Assembly: GCA_964270895.1 (NCBI GenBank)
Contig: OZ185439.1
Origin: Podarcis filfolensis
Lineage: Eukaryota
Reading direction: 5' to 3' (one strand)
Length of the DNA: 64,000 nt
The stretch's first letter is position 1; every line of letters starts with the position of its first letter. Below are positions 28,701 to 39,620 of the stretch, in pieces. The position numbers and the translations under genes are program-made. Under the pieces are notes generated by a model. The model made no database searches, had not been told where the DNA came from, and worked only from the letters and a program-made list of their open reading frames with translations.

Positions 28701-31700
28701 ATCCTCTTGCATCTTCTTGGCCACAGGGGTAACTTCCTAGGTGTTATCCCAGCTGTGTGGGAGCTGCTTATCCTTGAACATTTTCTGTGTAGCAAAGAGA
28801 ATGTTCAGATGATCCAACTGATGCTGATTCTGTGCGAAAGACTCACGTAATTGACCCTCACATTCCATACGCTTGTGACATTTAAACAGTCTCTCAACCA
28901 CATGGAAACCTCTGGCAGATATTCAGCTCCTATGCAACTAAAATATCTAAAAGGAACTAGACGGTCCTCAGGTCCCTTCCAACTTTGTAATTCTATGATT
29001 CTATAGATGTGGCTTCTACCTGGTTTCTGGAATACTCTTCCCCCCACTTCCATATTGTGCAGGCTAAGAGCCTCTGTTCTTGTGTGCACACTGTTTGTTT
29101 TTGCTAACTAATTTGTCTGGTATAATCATCCTAGAACAAAGACCACAGGATACAGAAGAAGGCATACCGGGTGCTAGAGGAAATATGTGCCTCTGACAGG
29201 CCTGCCTGTCAGAACTTTGTTAGAAGCCATCTGGAGGAGCTACAGAGTGCCCTACTAGGCTCTTTGCCCAGTGCCACTTCACCTGCCAAGAGGGTAAGGA
29301 AGGTGTCTGGGGAGAAGACACTTGTTGCTTTCCTCCCTGTAGTGGGTAGGGTGCTGAAGCACGGGAGGTGATAGAAATAAGAGATTGCTGTGCCTGCCTG
29401 TCTCTAACTCCACACTCCCATTCTTTGTTCCCAGCCCCGTTTGAAGTGCCTCTTCCATGTTGTCAAGCAGCTCGCAGTGGAGCATGAGGATTTCGTTACT
29501 GCCCTGGTGCCAGAGGTGAGCAGAAAAGGCAGTGGCAGGCAGGGTGCTGAAGGAATGGGGAAAGTAGGTGGGCATTTGTGTCCGCAGAAGATGGGGAGAA
29601 ATAGTACTTCTGGGGCTAGAGGTGGGAGCATGCATGGAACTAAATCTTCATCTCCAAACAGAGCCAAGTTATGGTACAAGTTCCGCTATATTCTGAATTC
29701 CCACATCTTTCTGGCCCATAAATGGAATTTTCTCCTCTCCTGCCTGCTGCAAGCAAACTCAAGCCCTTTGGCAAGTGTAGCTATGCAGCATGGAAATCCT
29801 CTCTCATTCCTTGCTTGCCTTGTTTCTTTTGCATTACAAACATCTTGTTCTCATGCTGTGAATAAGCTGTTGTAATTCAGAATTAGGAATTTTGCTTCTC
29901 CTACCTTGCGATGAGGGAATAAATATATTCTCCCATCTGTGGAGGACGATACCCTGTAGTGGGTTGTTGCTCCCACTTACTCCAACAGGCAGGGCTTATG
30001 CAGTTTTGCCTTAGTCCCTGACAGTTGGAAGTTACTGCCAGTTTCTGACCTGCCCTCTCTGCAGTGCTCCATCTTCAGGTTCACCTGATTTGCTCTCTTT
30101 TTTAAAAGCAACGAACTAGAAATGTTTTCTCTCTCCTTGAATCTGGATTAGATAGCGACTGCCTTTGTGAAATCGTCAGAACAAGAAGTTCCCTACTGCT
30201 GAAAGTGTTTTGTCTGTTGTCACACGTTAAAAAAAAATAGGTCAACTTGATGGCTGTAGTTTTTGTGCTTGGGAAAGTCTTAGATTGGCTGGAGCTCTGG
30301 TAATACATTTTAGATCAATGGCTTATTTTTCAGTTCTCTCTAAAAACGGATGCTGATAATACAGTGATGCTGAAAACTGTGGGGCAGAGTTGGGTGATGG
30401 GGTGATGACAGGTACCTTTGTATTTAGGTCATACTCTGCACCAAGGAGGTGTCGGTGGGTGCGCGCAAGAACGCTTACAACTTACTTGTAGAGATTGGTC
30501 ATGCTTTCCTGCGCTTTGGCCCGACACCAAACGGTGAGTCCTGGTTTGGCCACATTGGGCTGTTACCAAAAAGAGATGGACTTTTTTGCCCTGTGCCCCC
30601 TATCTTTCTGTCAAATGCTGTGTTGGCTCCTATGTACACCCCTTCTATTTTTGACCACCTTACATCGCTTTCCATCTCTGCTTCATTTATTCCAGTAATT
30701 TTAGTCAACTCTCCTCTTATCACTGGTCCATATAACCTCTTCTGAATTTTGCCAAATTTTGCATTTAATTGCTGAATTGAGACCTGGATGAACTTTGTGC
30801 AAACTGAAAATCTGTACATATTGATTTTTGTGTGTGTAATTCTGTTTAGCAAAGGGCAATCTATGCAGGGTACTGAAGTCTAACCACCTGACTACTAGAA
30901 ATCCTCCTTAATTCTCTCCTGTTTCAGAGATCTCATCAGGCAATGCCTACACATTTTTCAGATTATCCTTGAATCACAAGTACTAGAATTTTAAATTTGG
31001 CATCTGATATTAAATTCCACACTAATTAAAGAAATGCAGGATTCACTTAGCCCAGATTCACTGAGGCTTTGAATATCCCAGTCTTCCACCCTTGCACTGT
31101 ATAAAGCAGAACATATTTAACATTTCAGATCGGTTCCTGCTTTCAGAAGAAGGGTTTTCAGTAGCCAGAACATGGGGGCTTTTCTGTCCTTCCTAATTCA
31201 GTGTATTATAACTGTTGCCTGTTCCCTTCCCAATATTGCCTATCTACTATTGATATCTGTACTCTTGTCTTTTTGGTCTCTGATATTCCAGCTTACTCAG
31301 AGACCTGGATGTTAGCATTGTCTCCATAGTGCCTGGGTTCCGCTTTTGAAAACCTTTCATTCACATTGGGTTTTCTGCAACATTGTAGCCATTTTCTGGG
31401 GGAGCCACTTCAGCCCCAATGCCACCTGTGAGGTATAGTTGGTATCTTACTTTTAGCAGTTTCAGTGCAATAACCCCCAGCATTTATTCCCTCTAGATGG
31501 AATGCAGCGTTATCTCCTCCTGGTTTATGCGGGCTTGACCGGTTCAGTCACCATGATCAGTTGCACGGTGCTCGCTCTTGCCCGTTTGCTCTTTGAGTTC
31601 AAAGGTGAGAGATCTGAATGCCAAAAACTTGCTGGATAATGCTTATAGCCTCAGTAGTTTAGTACAGAATTCTCTTGCGGTTGGCAGGCACCAAAAGTTG

Positions 31701-34700
31701 GGAGGCACCAAACAGAGTTTGGAGACTATTTGAACTGAGCTTATTGCATGGATGCTAATGAATATGTCTAAGGGTAACATGAATGGTTGTATTCACTATC
31801 CTGAGCAGAGAGCTTTGTGCCCTTGGGGTTCCAAGCACCACACCAGTTGTAAGCACTGTAAGGCCTGTGCTGGGTTGCTGGTCAGTAGAAAACCTGCTGA
31901 AAGTAATCTGAGCCCTGTGTTGTCTGGCGCTCAAAAGAATCTGAAGAATTGAAGTATGTCTAAGATTAGCTTTACTCTGCTGCAGAACACGTTGGGTCAG
32001 ATGCCCTGGAGCAGCTCATGCAGCATGTCTGCCTCATGGTAGGCTCACGGACACGGGATGTCGTCAAGTCAGCTTTGGGCTTCCTCAAGGTCGCACTCTT
32101 GCTCCTGGACACGGCACTGTTGAGTCGGCACTTGGAGACCATGGTGAGAAGAGGGAATACACTAGGGCAACCTGTAGGAAGGAAGGTTCTGGGAATAAGA
32201 GTAGCTTAGTTTGCGTAACTTAAAGGGAGTGACGCAGAAAGGTGCCTGAATTGTTGGAACCTATTTCTGCCCGTTGTCTTGTCTAGTTCCTGACTCAAGA
32301 GTTCATGGGTATATATTGGAATTAATGATCCACTCTTTCCCCAGCTTTGGTGAGGTGTTGTCCCACTTATCGTGCTGTTGGGAAGCAGTAGAAGCCCGGG
32401 GAGAGGGGCAGGTTTGCACACATGCATGAGAGAGAGAACCAAGGGAATTTATTTCATGCAAGGTGTGGTTGGGGGGCCATCAGAATTCTAAAGCTTGTGC
32501 TCTGCTTACAGTTAGAAGCCATAGGAGGATTGACAGACGACATGAGACGCCATTTCCGCATGAAGCTACGAAACCTCCTCTCCAAAATGATCCGCAAATT
32601 TGGGTAAGTTCTGGGATTAGAGGGAGGACCGGGGAGATCCTGTGTTGTGATGCTCAGGAAAAGTTCTAAGATCTATATCACATTGCTCAAACACTGCTCA
32701 TTCCAAAGCACTTGCTTCCTAGATGTGCTTGTCTTGAACTGTGCCATCTTGGATACAGCTTCATGCACACAAAACCTTGAGAGTGATGACCAAGCACTTG
32801 ATAGTAGTCCAGATGTTGCTGGACTCCAACTGACATTAGCTCTAACCAATATGGCCAAAGGTCTGGGATTAACTGGAATTTTAGTTCCAACAGTTGGAAG
32901 GCGACAGATTAAGCACTGGTCTAATGTCTGTCTAACTTCTATGACTGATAGTGGGGGATACGTGAGAGACTGATTTCTGTGACACTGGTCTTCCATCTTT
33001 ACTTCCCAGGTTTGAGCCATTGCAGGCTTTGCTTCCTGAGTCGTATCGCAAGGTGCTGTTGAATATCCGCAAGGCTGAGGCAAGGAACCGCAAGCGGCAA
33101 GCTGTGAAACGGGCAGCAGCCAGTTCTGTAGAAGAAGGAGGACCATCACAGCGTCCCATGGGGGAGAGGTATTGATGTAGTGCTGGTCTTTTGTCTTCAT
33201 GTCATGCCATTGTTGAACCTAAAAGCTACAGTTTTTTAAGGCTAGAGCAGGAGGGATGTCTGCCATGGCAAGTGCGTTAGAAGGTGAAGTGTTCTTTATG
33301 TTCCTCTGCACCCTCAGTAAGTACTACTTGCATTGCCTCTTGCCTTCTTGTTTACAGTATGGAGGAGGTCCTGGCAGACTCGGACTCTGATCTTGAAGAT
33401 GACATCAAGCAGCACAAAGGAAAAGAAACCAGGAAAGTGCTACGGCAACAAAGCCAGGCCTGGCTTAAGGAGGGAGAAGGCGATGAGCCCCTCAACTTCT
33501 TGGACCCTAATGTGGCCCAAAGGGTTCTGGGTAAGGAGCAGTTTGACAGTGGCACAATCTGCCTTTTCAGTTTGGGGAAAGTGGGAGATCATTTATGCTG
33601 AGATAAAGGGGTTGTCCTATCTCCTTGTAAGTCTTTTGTGATCTTCTTTTATGCAGCTACCAAACCAGGCACGGGCCAGGCTGCTAAAATCAGCCATGAC
33701 TTCAAGGTATCAGCTGATGGCCGTCTCATTATATGTGAAGAGGAGGAAGAAGAAGAAGGGGCTAAAGGTACTGGTGGATAGTCTAATGTATTCAGCTGAA
33801 AACTGGCCATCAGTGGTCTACAAACTATGACTGGGCTTGGTATCCAAGCAGTAGTTTATGTTAACCAGCTGTGAAGTCCAGTTCCACTATGATAGTATCA
33901 ATATTGTATATGTTTATGATCCCGATACTGTTTGATGGAATTGTTTGAAGTTGGATAACTTGGGCTTTATGTAGGCTGGTAAACATGTGATTTATTTGTT
34001 TTACTTTCAACATGTGATTCACTCCAGGGCTTTTGACACTTTTAGTCCTTTCAAATTAAGACTGTTCACTGTCTTCACATAAAATTATAATGTGCTTAAA
34101 TATGTATTTACTTCAAACTATTTTTATACTGCCCTTCCATTAAAATAATTAAATAATTATAATGTAATAATATAATAATTTACTGGAAACATAAAGCAGT
34201 CCAATAAAACATACAATACAATGTAGGTGCCACCACAGAGAAAGCACTCTTCCATGTAATCACAAATGGAGTTAGTGCCATAGGATGCAATGCAATTCAG
34301 CAGCGCCTCCTCCAAATATCTTAGGGAACATCTAAAATATGTTGCTCAGGGCTTACCAGCTGTTAAATGTTAACCCAACTTACATTGTTTCCTGGTAATA
34401 AAAAACAGCAACCAAAATGTGTGTGGATTATTACAAAAATGAAGCACTAGCAGTTTTTCAAAGAGTGTTCTGGTGTGCTTGTGGCATGATTGCAGTCCTG
34501 TCCATACTCTTCTGGGAGTAAGCTCCTTTGAACACTTTGGTGTTTGCTTCTGATTAAAGTTTTATCATTTCAATGTGTAAAAACATATTGAACAGCTGAA
34601 ATGCATACTTTTAACTATAAATGCAAAAGATTTTACAAAGATGTTTTATGTATTCTCACGCTGATTTTTGTTCTCTGTTACAGGAGTGGATGAAGAGATG

Positions 34701-36989
34701 GCAGATCTTATGCAGGAAGTCGGGATCCGAAGTGTAAGTACTGAGACATGGGCAGGAGGGGGGGAAATAGGAATTTCAAGCATTTTCTTTAAAGGCCCAC
34801 ACAGTTGCCAAGGTGAATTGCTTGCTGAAATCAAAGGGGAACTGAGCTTGACTGTCAAATACAGTTCTTGTTACCAAGCAGATAATGCAGGAAAGGGAGA
34901 AGGCCTTGGAGACCCTAGTGAGAAGCCTGATTCATGTAGCAAGTGCTGATGCTTGGAAACTCTGTTGCAGAAAAAGGCTCAAAAGCGCAGATTCCGAGAA
35001 GAAGCAGAGGATGAGGAACTGGGCACTGATGCAAAACCACAGTATAAGGGTAAGTGCTTTTTTCTGGGCTGGTGGTGTGGACTTAGCTGCCTTATCACAT
35101 TGGATACATATCCCTGTAATAGGGAAGGGAAAGAGAATGAGATGCTACTGCTTAAGGTTATTTATATACCACCATCTCAGAAAATTTCAGGATGGTATAC
35201 AATGAAATGTTTACATAAAACACCATTAAAAAGAGTACAAAATAATCATTTCAATCAGCTGTATAGGCCTGCTGGCATATGAGAGATGCCTGAAAGTCAA
35301 AAGCAAGGATACCTGCCAAATCTCTGCTGGAAGAGTGTTCCACACCATGGCCAGTTGAACCTCTGAAACAGGGGATAATGTGTTGTGCTTATGCTACAAA
35401 ACCACTCAGTGCTATGTCTTGCTCCCAGTTAAACCTTAACACAGATAGCCCATCCACAGTATGCTTTCTTGTGCTGCTGAAGCACAATGTGGTCGGGGAA
35501 GTGTTTCAAACAGGCTGGCTGCACTTCAAGCATTGTTGGCTACAAGAAGCCTACAATCCAGTGGCGGACTGGGCAGAAACCTTTTTGTACAGCTGAGAGA
35601 AGCCTAGAAACTATTCCATTATTGTTTGTTTTTCACAGCTGGAGGTGTTGGAATCCATCGGCCTATTGGCAAGAATGCAGCACCTAGTCAAGCATACAAG
35701 GCAAAGGTAAGATTGTGATGTGAATAGTTAGGACCTGGCATTGCCATAACTCCCAGAAGTTGATTATTTGTATAGAGCCACTTTTTCCACATCATAGGAA
35801 GCCTTGTTTATTAGACTTACCAAGCAACTCAAGTACAGATTCATAGTATCAAATTATGTTAAAAGATGTCTTGGTACAAACATTGAAGATTTCTTGTCTC
35901 CTACCAGGAAATTTCCTTGACTTACTTATGGCAGTCTTCTACAGAGCACAGCATTCTATTAACTCCCACCATAAACACAGGACTGCAGGCTGGCTCTCTT
36001 TTAAAGACGAATCTCTGTATCTCTAAGCTAGATCCGGTTTTAAATAATTGATCTGAATGTGAGGCATTGATAGACGTTGTGAGAGCTGATGTGAAGGCCC
36101 ATTTTGGCGGAAGTCTGCATTTTTCCATGTCTTGCTTCCAGTCACTAAGCACTGATTCTCTTCTGTTTCTACAGAAAGGCAAAGGTGATATCAAGAAGGG
36201 CCGCCTGGATCCTTATGCCTACATCCCACTGAACAGAGCCAAACTTAACAGAAGGTATGATATGGGGATGCTGTGGGAAGAGCATAGGAAGCTGCTTATA
36301 CTAGGCCATACCGCTCATTCATATAGCTGACTATTACCACAATGACCAATCACAGCTCTTCAGGGAGGTCTTTGCCATCACTTGCTACCTGGTTGGAGAT
36401 GTCAAGCACTGAATCTGGCACCTTCTGCAAGCAGATCATGTCCTCTATCATTTGGATTGATCCCTAGCCAGGAGGAAAGTGGAAGGTGGAGGCATTCGGT
36501 TGTGCAGGTTACGGGTTGCATCCATTGTTAGTTCTGCTTGGGGTGGACACATTGAAATTAATGGCCTTGACTAACTTCGGCCTTAATTTCAATAGGTCTA
36601 CTAAGAGTAGAATTTAACTTGATGCAACTCAGTGTCACTGTTCAGGATTTCCCTCTATCTGTAAAATGCTGCCATGGAGTTGTGTGTGCTTGAAACCAGC
36701 TATGTTCTCTTATCTCAAGCACTCTGCTGGATATTCTTCAGATTTGAAGCTTCCTTTTTCACTGGTATCCCAGACCTGCTTTTGCTGCAGAAGCAGGGCA
36801 CCTAAAGCCTCCATGGGAGAATTACACATGTACCTGCTGTGCTTGTGGCAGTACTCATTCTAATCTCTTCTCTCTCTTTCTGGCAGGAAAAACGCAAAAC
36901 TTCAGGGACAGTATAAGGGCCTGATGAAGGGGGCCCAACGTGGTGCCCAGGCAGGCAAGAGGCATCGTAAGAAGCAGCCCCATGTCTGA
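14961..36989 (+). CDS. RRP12: RRP12-like protein (ribosomal RNA processing 12 homolog), 34 exons, 1295 aa
   Basis: Exons 14961-15099, 15738-15979, 17123-17206, 18121-18197, 19209-19314, 19768-19884, 20154-20292, 20441-20568, 20891-20989, 21201-21292, 21382-21493, 22013-22113, 22209-22323, 22611-22753, 23284-23405, 25123-25187, 25310-25472, 25746-25900, 27444-27511, 28270-28363, 29135-29293, 29435-29515, 30428-30533, 31497-31604, 31986-32143, 32512-32603, 33010-33168, 33358-33530, 33657-33767, 34684-34733, 34971-35049, 35639-35706, 36175-36254, 36887-36989 (TGA). Total 3888 nt, open and phase-consistent. [28 protein letters not shown]...[11 protein letters not shown]...[13 protein letters not shown]...[17 protein letters not shown] matches remembered vertebrate RRP12. 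Confidence 0.97.
16288..16482. mobile_element. Tc1/mariner (Tigger-like) MITE, 195 bp, same family as 10676-10901 in opposite orientation
   Basis: TIRs CAGTGGTACCTC / GAGGTACCACTG with TA on both sides; its 5' part is the reverse complement of the 3' part of the 10676 copy. Confidence 0.92.
18907..19148. mobile_element. Tc1/mariner MITE with central palindrome
   Basis: TA-tagtcataccttgg...ccaaggtatgactg-TA; internal 20-bp arms at 19028-19047 and 19051-19070 with one mismatch. Confidence 0.85.
23764..24865 (-). mobile_element. 5'-truncated L1-clade LINE (3' end of ORF2, zf-RVT-like region) in RRP12 intron 15
   Basis: [45 protein letters not shown] (Cys/His motif); a single in-frame TAA at 24600-24598; poly(A) signal and tail at the left end; 19-bp TSD ATTCAGCAAGCAGAAATTC at 23745-23763 and 24866-24884. 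Confidence 0.92.
25657..25715. repeat. (CTTT)n microsatellite in the polypyrimidine region of RRP12 intron 17
   Basis: Read directly. Confidence 0.9.
26177..26304. other. Assembly gap (128 N) in RRP12 intron 18, flanked by LINE-like fragments
   Basis: Run of N. Exons 18 and 19 join in frame, so no coding exon is missing. Confidence 0.99.
27598..27949 (-). mobile_element. Full-length Sauria SINE, antisense in RRP12 intron 19
   Basis: Reverse complement of the 4468 copy; 13-bp TSD CTTTTCTGTTACA at 27585-27597 and 27950-27962. Confidence 0.92.
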
Positions 36990-37319
36990 AGAAGACAGGT
37001 CCCCTTGAAACTCTCTGGGGTGCAGTTCCTGTCAAGGCAACCTGACTCTGGATCTGGTTGCTGCCACCTCACAACCTGAGCTGCTCTTTGGAAGTGGAAT
37101 GAGATCACTAATTCCACAAGTTGCAGTGTATACTTTACTCAGCCAAAAAACGGTGAAGATGTGTATTCTAGCCCAGACTCCCTTCTACTATTTATGGAGC
37201 TATGCAGTAGGGCTCTTCTCACCAGATGCTACTGCCATGGGGTTTTTTTGCACAACTATGTGTGCTTCATCTAGCCTTGAACTTTGTGCAAGAGAGAGAA
37301 GTGTGATGAACTTCTGAGC

Positions 37320-37325
37320 AATAAA
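37320..37325 (+). terminator. RRP12 polyadenylation signal
   Basis: AATAAA 330 nt after the stop codon. Confidence 0.65.
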
Positions 37326-37853
37326 TGTAACCAATGGAAGTTGGTTGTGTAAAAGCTGCTGTCCCCATCTGTCTACTTTTTCTGGCTTGAAAAATGCCAG
37401 AACTAGCAACATAGTTGTGCTTTTGGGAACTATGCTAAACTTTCTAGGAAGTTTAACATTTCTCTGCATTTCAGGATTTATTCTATGAGGAAAGTGACTG
37501 GTTGGTATTTGTGAAAATTAGAAAATAGTAGTATTATAGTCAGAGGCAGAAAGCTATGAGAAATTCTGAACCAAATTCCATGTGCCCATTTTATATGTTC
37601 TCTTGCTACATACATCCCAGTCAAGGAGTGTACCAGTCAGAACACATGCACAGGGACAGAGCCAATGAATCCACAATGAGGAGAATGCCCACCCCACGCA
37701 CATGCAAAATCATGCCATAGTTCCTGTAATCAGTCCCAGTTGCTCAAGCAGCAACAACACCCCCCCTTCACACAGTGAGTTTGAATCCCCCCCCCACGCT
37801 GCTCACAATTAATTAACAAAGCACAGAGCATCCTTAACTTCCTTCATTGATTA

Positions 37854-38062
37854 GGTAAAGGTAAGGTAAAGGACCCCTGAACGGTTGAGTCCAGTCGAAT
37901 TAGACACTCATCTCTTTTGGGACAAGAGAGCCAGCGTTTGTCCGCAGACAGCTTTTCCGGGTCATGTGGCCAGCATGACCACAGCGGTACCTATTTACCT
38001 ACTCAAGCTGGTATGCTTTCGAACTGCTGGATTGGCAGCAGCAGGGACAAAGCAACAGGAGC
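37854..38062 (-). mobile_element. Truncated, internally deleted Sauria SINE
   Basis: (GGTAAA)n tail, then gacccctgaacggttgagtccagtc...ccgggtcatgtggccagcatgac...ctttcgaactgct, colinear with the other copies but with deletions. Confidence 0.8.
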
Positions 38063-39259
38063 CATTATCTCCTTATCTACAAGCTATCAATACAAGCTGG
38101 GGGTGGGCCGTGAGTACACTGGCAAGGCAGATGTCAGGGAAAAAAACCTCAGCAAAAGTTTGCATGGCAGTTCATGAGTCACTAACCAGAGCAATAATCA
38201 CCCAACCCTTTCTTATTTCAAAGGTTGACAAGATCTACAAAAGCCATAATGCACCAAACTATTTTTTGATGCATGTGAGTCAGGGATGGGGTTGCCATTT
38301 AATATCTAGTTTGCAACATTTCATCTGAGACAATACAGAGCCAGGCAGATTTGGTGTGAGGGCTGAGGAGAGAATTCCTGCTTTTGTAGATGCTTGTAAT
38401 TGATGCTTTAATTGAGATCTCTGTATTGCAGGGGGTTGAACTAGATGATTCTCTGGGTCCCTTCCAACTCTATAATTCTATGATTTTATGAAGACTTAAT
38501 CCTAAAAGCTATACTATAAAGATAAAACTACTAATTCTGGAATAGTTCCAGTGGCATTACAGAAAGAAGCACATCAGTTTACACTATTTTAATTCTAATA
38601 TTTGGGTAGAAGATGAGTCTTCAGTAGGCCTTGACTAGCAGCACATAGTAATTTTTTGCCATTTAACAGTTACATCTTATGCAAATGCATTCAACAAACA
38701 CAAATTTTCCCCTCCGCAGGCATTTGAAATCAAATTAATTTGTGCTATTTTGTTATTTTTTCAAATACACTGCTAGCTGATGTGGAGTTGTAAATACCTT
38801 GGGGGTGGGAAACCTCTGCCTTTTTATAGTGCAAGTAACAATAGGTTTGCACTGCACAGAGTTTTAAAGTATGTTCAGCTTTTGGGGGAAAGACCGTAAC
38901 TGGTAGAATACAAATTTGTTGAACTGGTCCCTGTAGCTGTGCTTTCTCGGCTGATTTCTGTGTCTCGACTTACTAGGGAAGGCGCAAGAGCAGTCCTGGC
39001 CTGCTTATTTTAATGGTTAGTTGGCAACCTTATTAGGACACCTACCAACTTGGAAGGGCAGAGAGCTCACACACAAGTGGACCTTTTGCCACACCAGCTC
39101 TGCATCTCCCTGCCATGGCGACAAGAAATATACGAGGGCGCAGGAAATATACGAGGGACGGGGAGAGAGCTGTCGCTTCTAAGGGCTGCAAGCGCTTCCT
39201 TTCGCCTACTAGGTCACAGCGTAACACCGTAGCTGTCAAGGCGGCGTTGGAAATGTCGC

Positions 39260-39620
39260 CGATAAGACTACAATCCCCATAAAGCTTAAAGCTCCATTCT
39301 GGGTTTGCTCTCCCCGCCCTCTTGTCTTTGTGGGGTATTTCTCCTCCCCTCTCCTCGGTTTTCAACGGCGCTTCCAGGCCTGATGGTCGTTAGGCGTTTG
39401 CCGTGTTCGAACAAGCCAATGGCTGCGCGGCCACGAGGCGGCGGCGGGTGGGACTATTTTGCAAACAGCCAATAGGCTTTTGCAGTTGAAGCGACCAATC
39501 GGAAGGCAAGGCGGCAGATATGAGATGGCGGCGGAGTCGGCTCTGAGGGGGAGAGGAGGAGAGAAACGAGTGGGCAGGTAGGTCGGTTGGTGTGTCCGCC
39601 GGGCGGGCCGAGGTAGCGTG
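39260..39620 (+). promoter_or_regulatory. ARHGAP19 CpG-island promoter with a ZNF143/THAP11-type motif and three CCAAT boxes
   Basis: ACTACAATCCCCATAAAGC at 39267-39285; CCAAT at 39416-39420, 39469-39473 and 39495-39499; ATG at 39525. Confidence 0.75.

Noticed and set aside
29193-29212. 8-bp perfect hairpin CTGACAGG-cctg-CCTGTCAG in RRP12 exon 21
   Set aside because: Short enough to occur by chance in 64 kb, with no other support.
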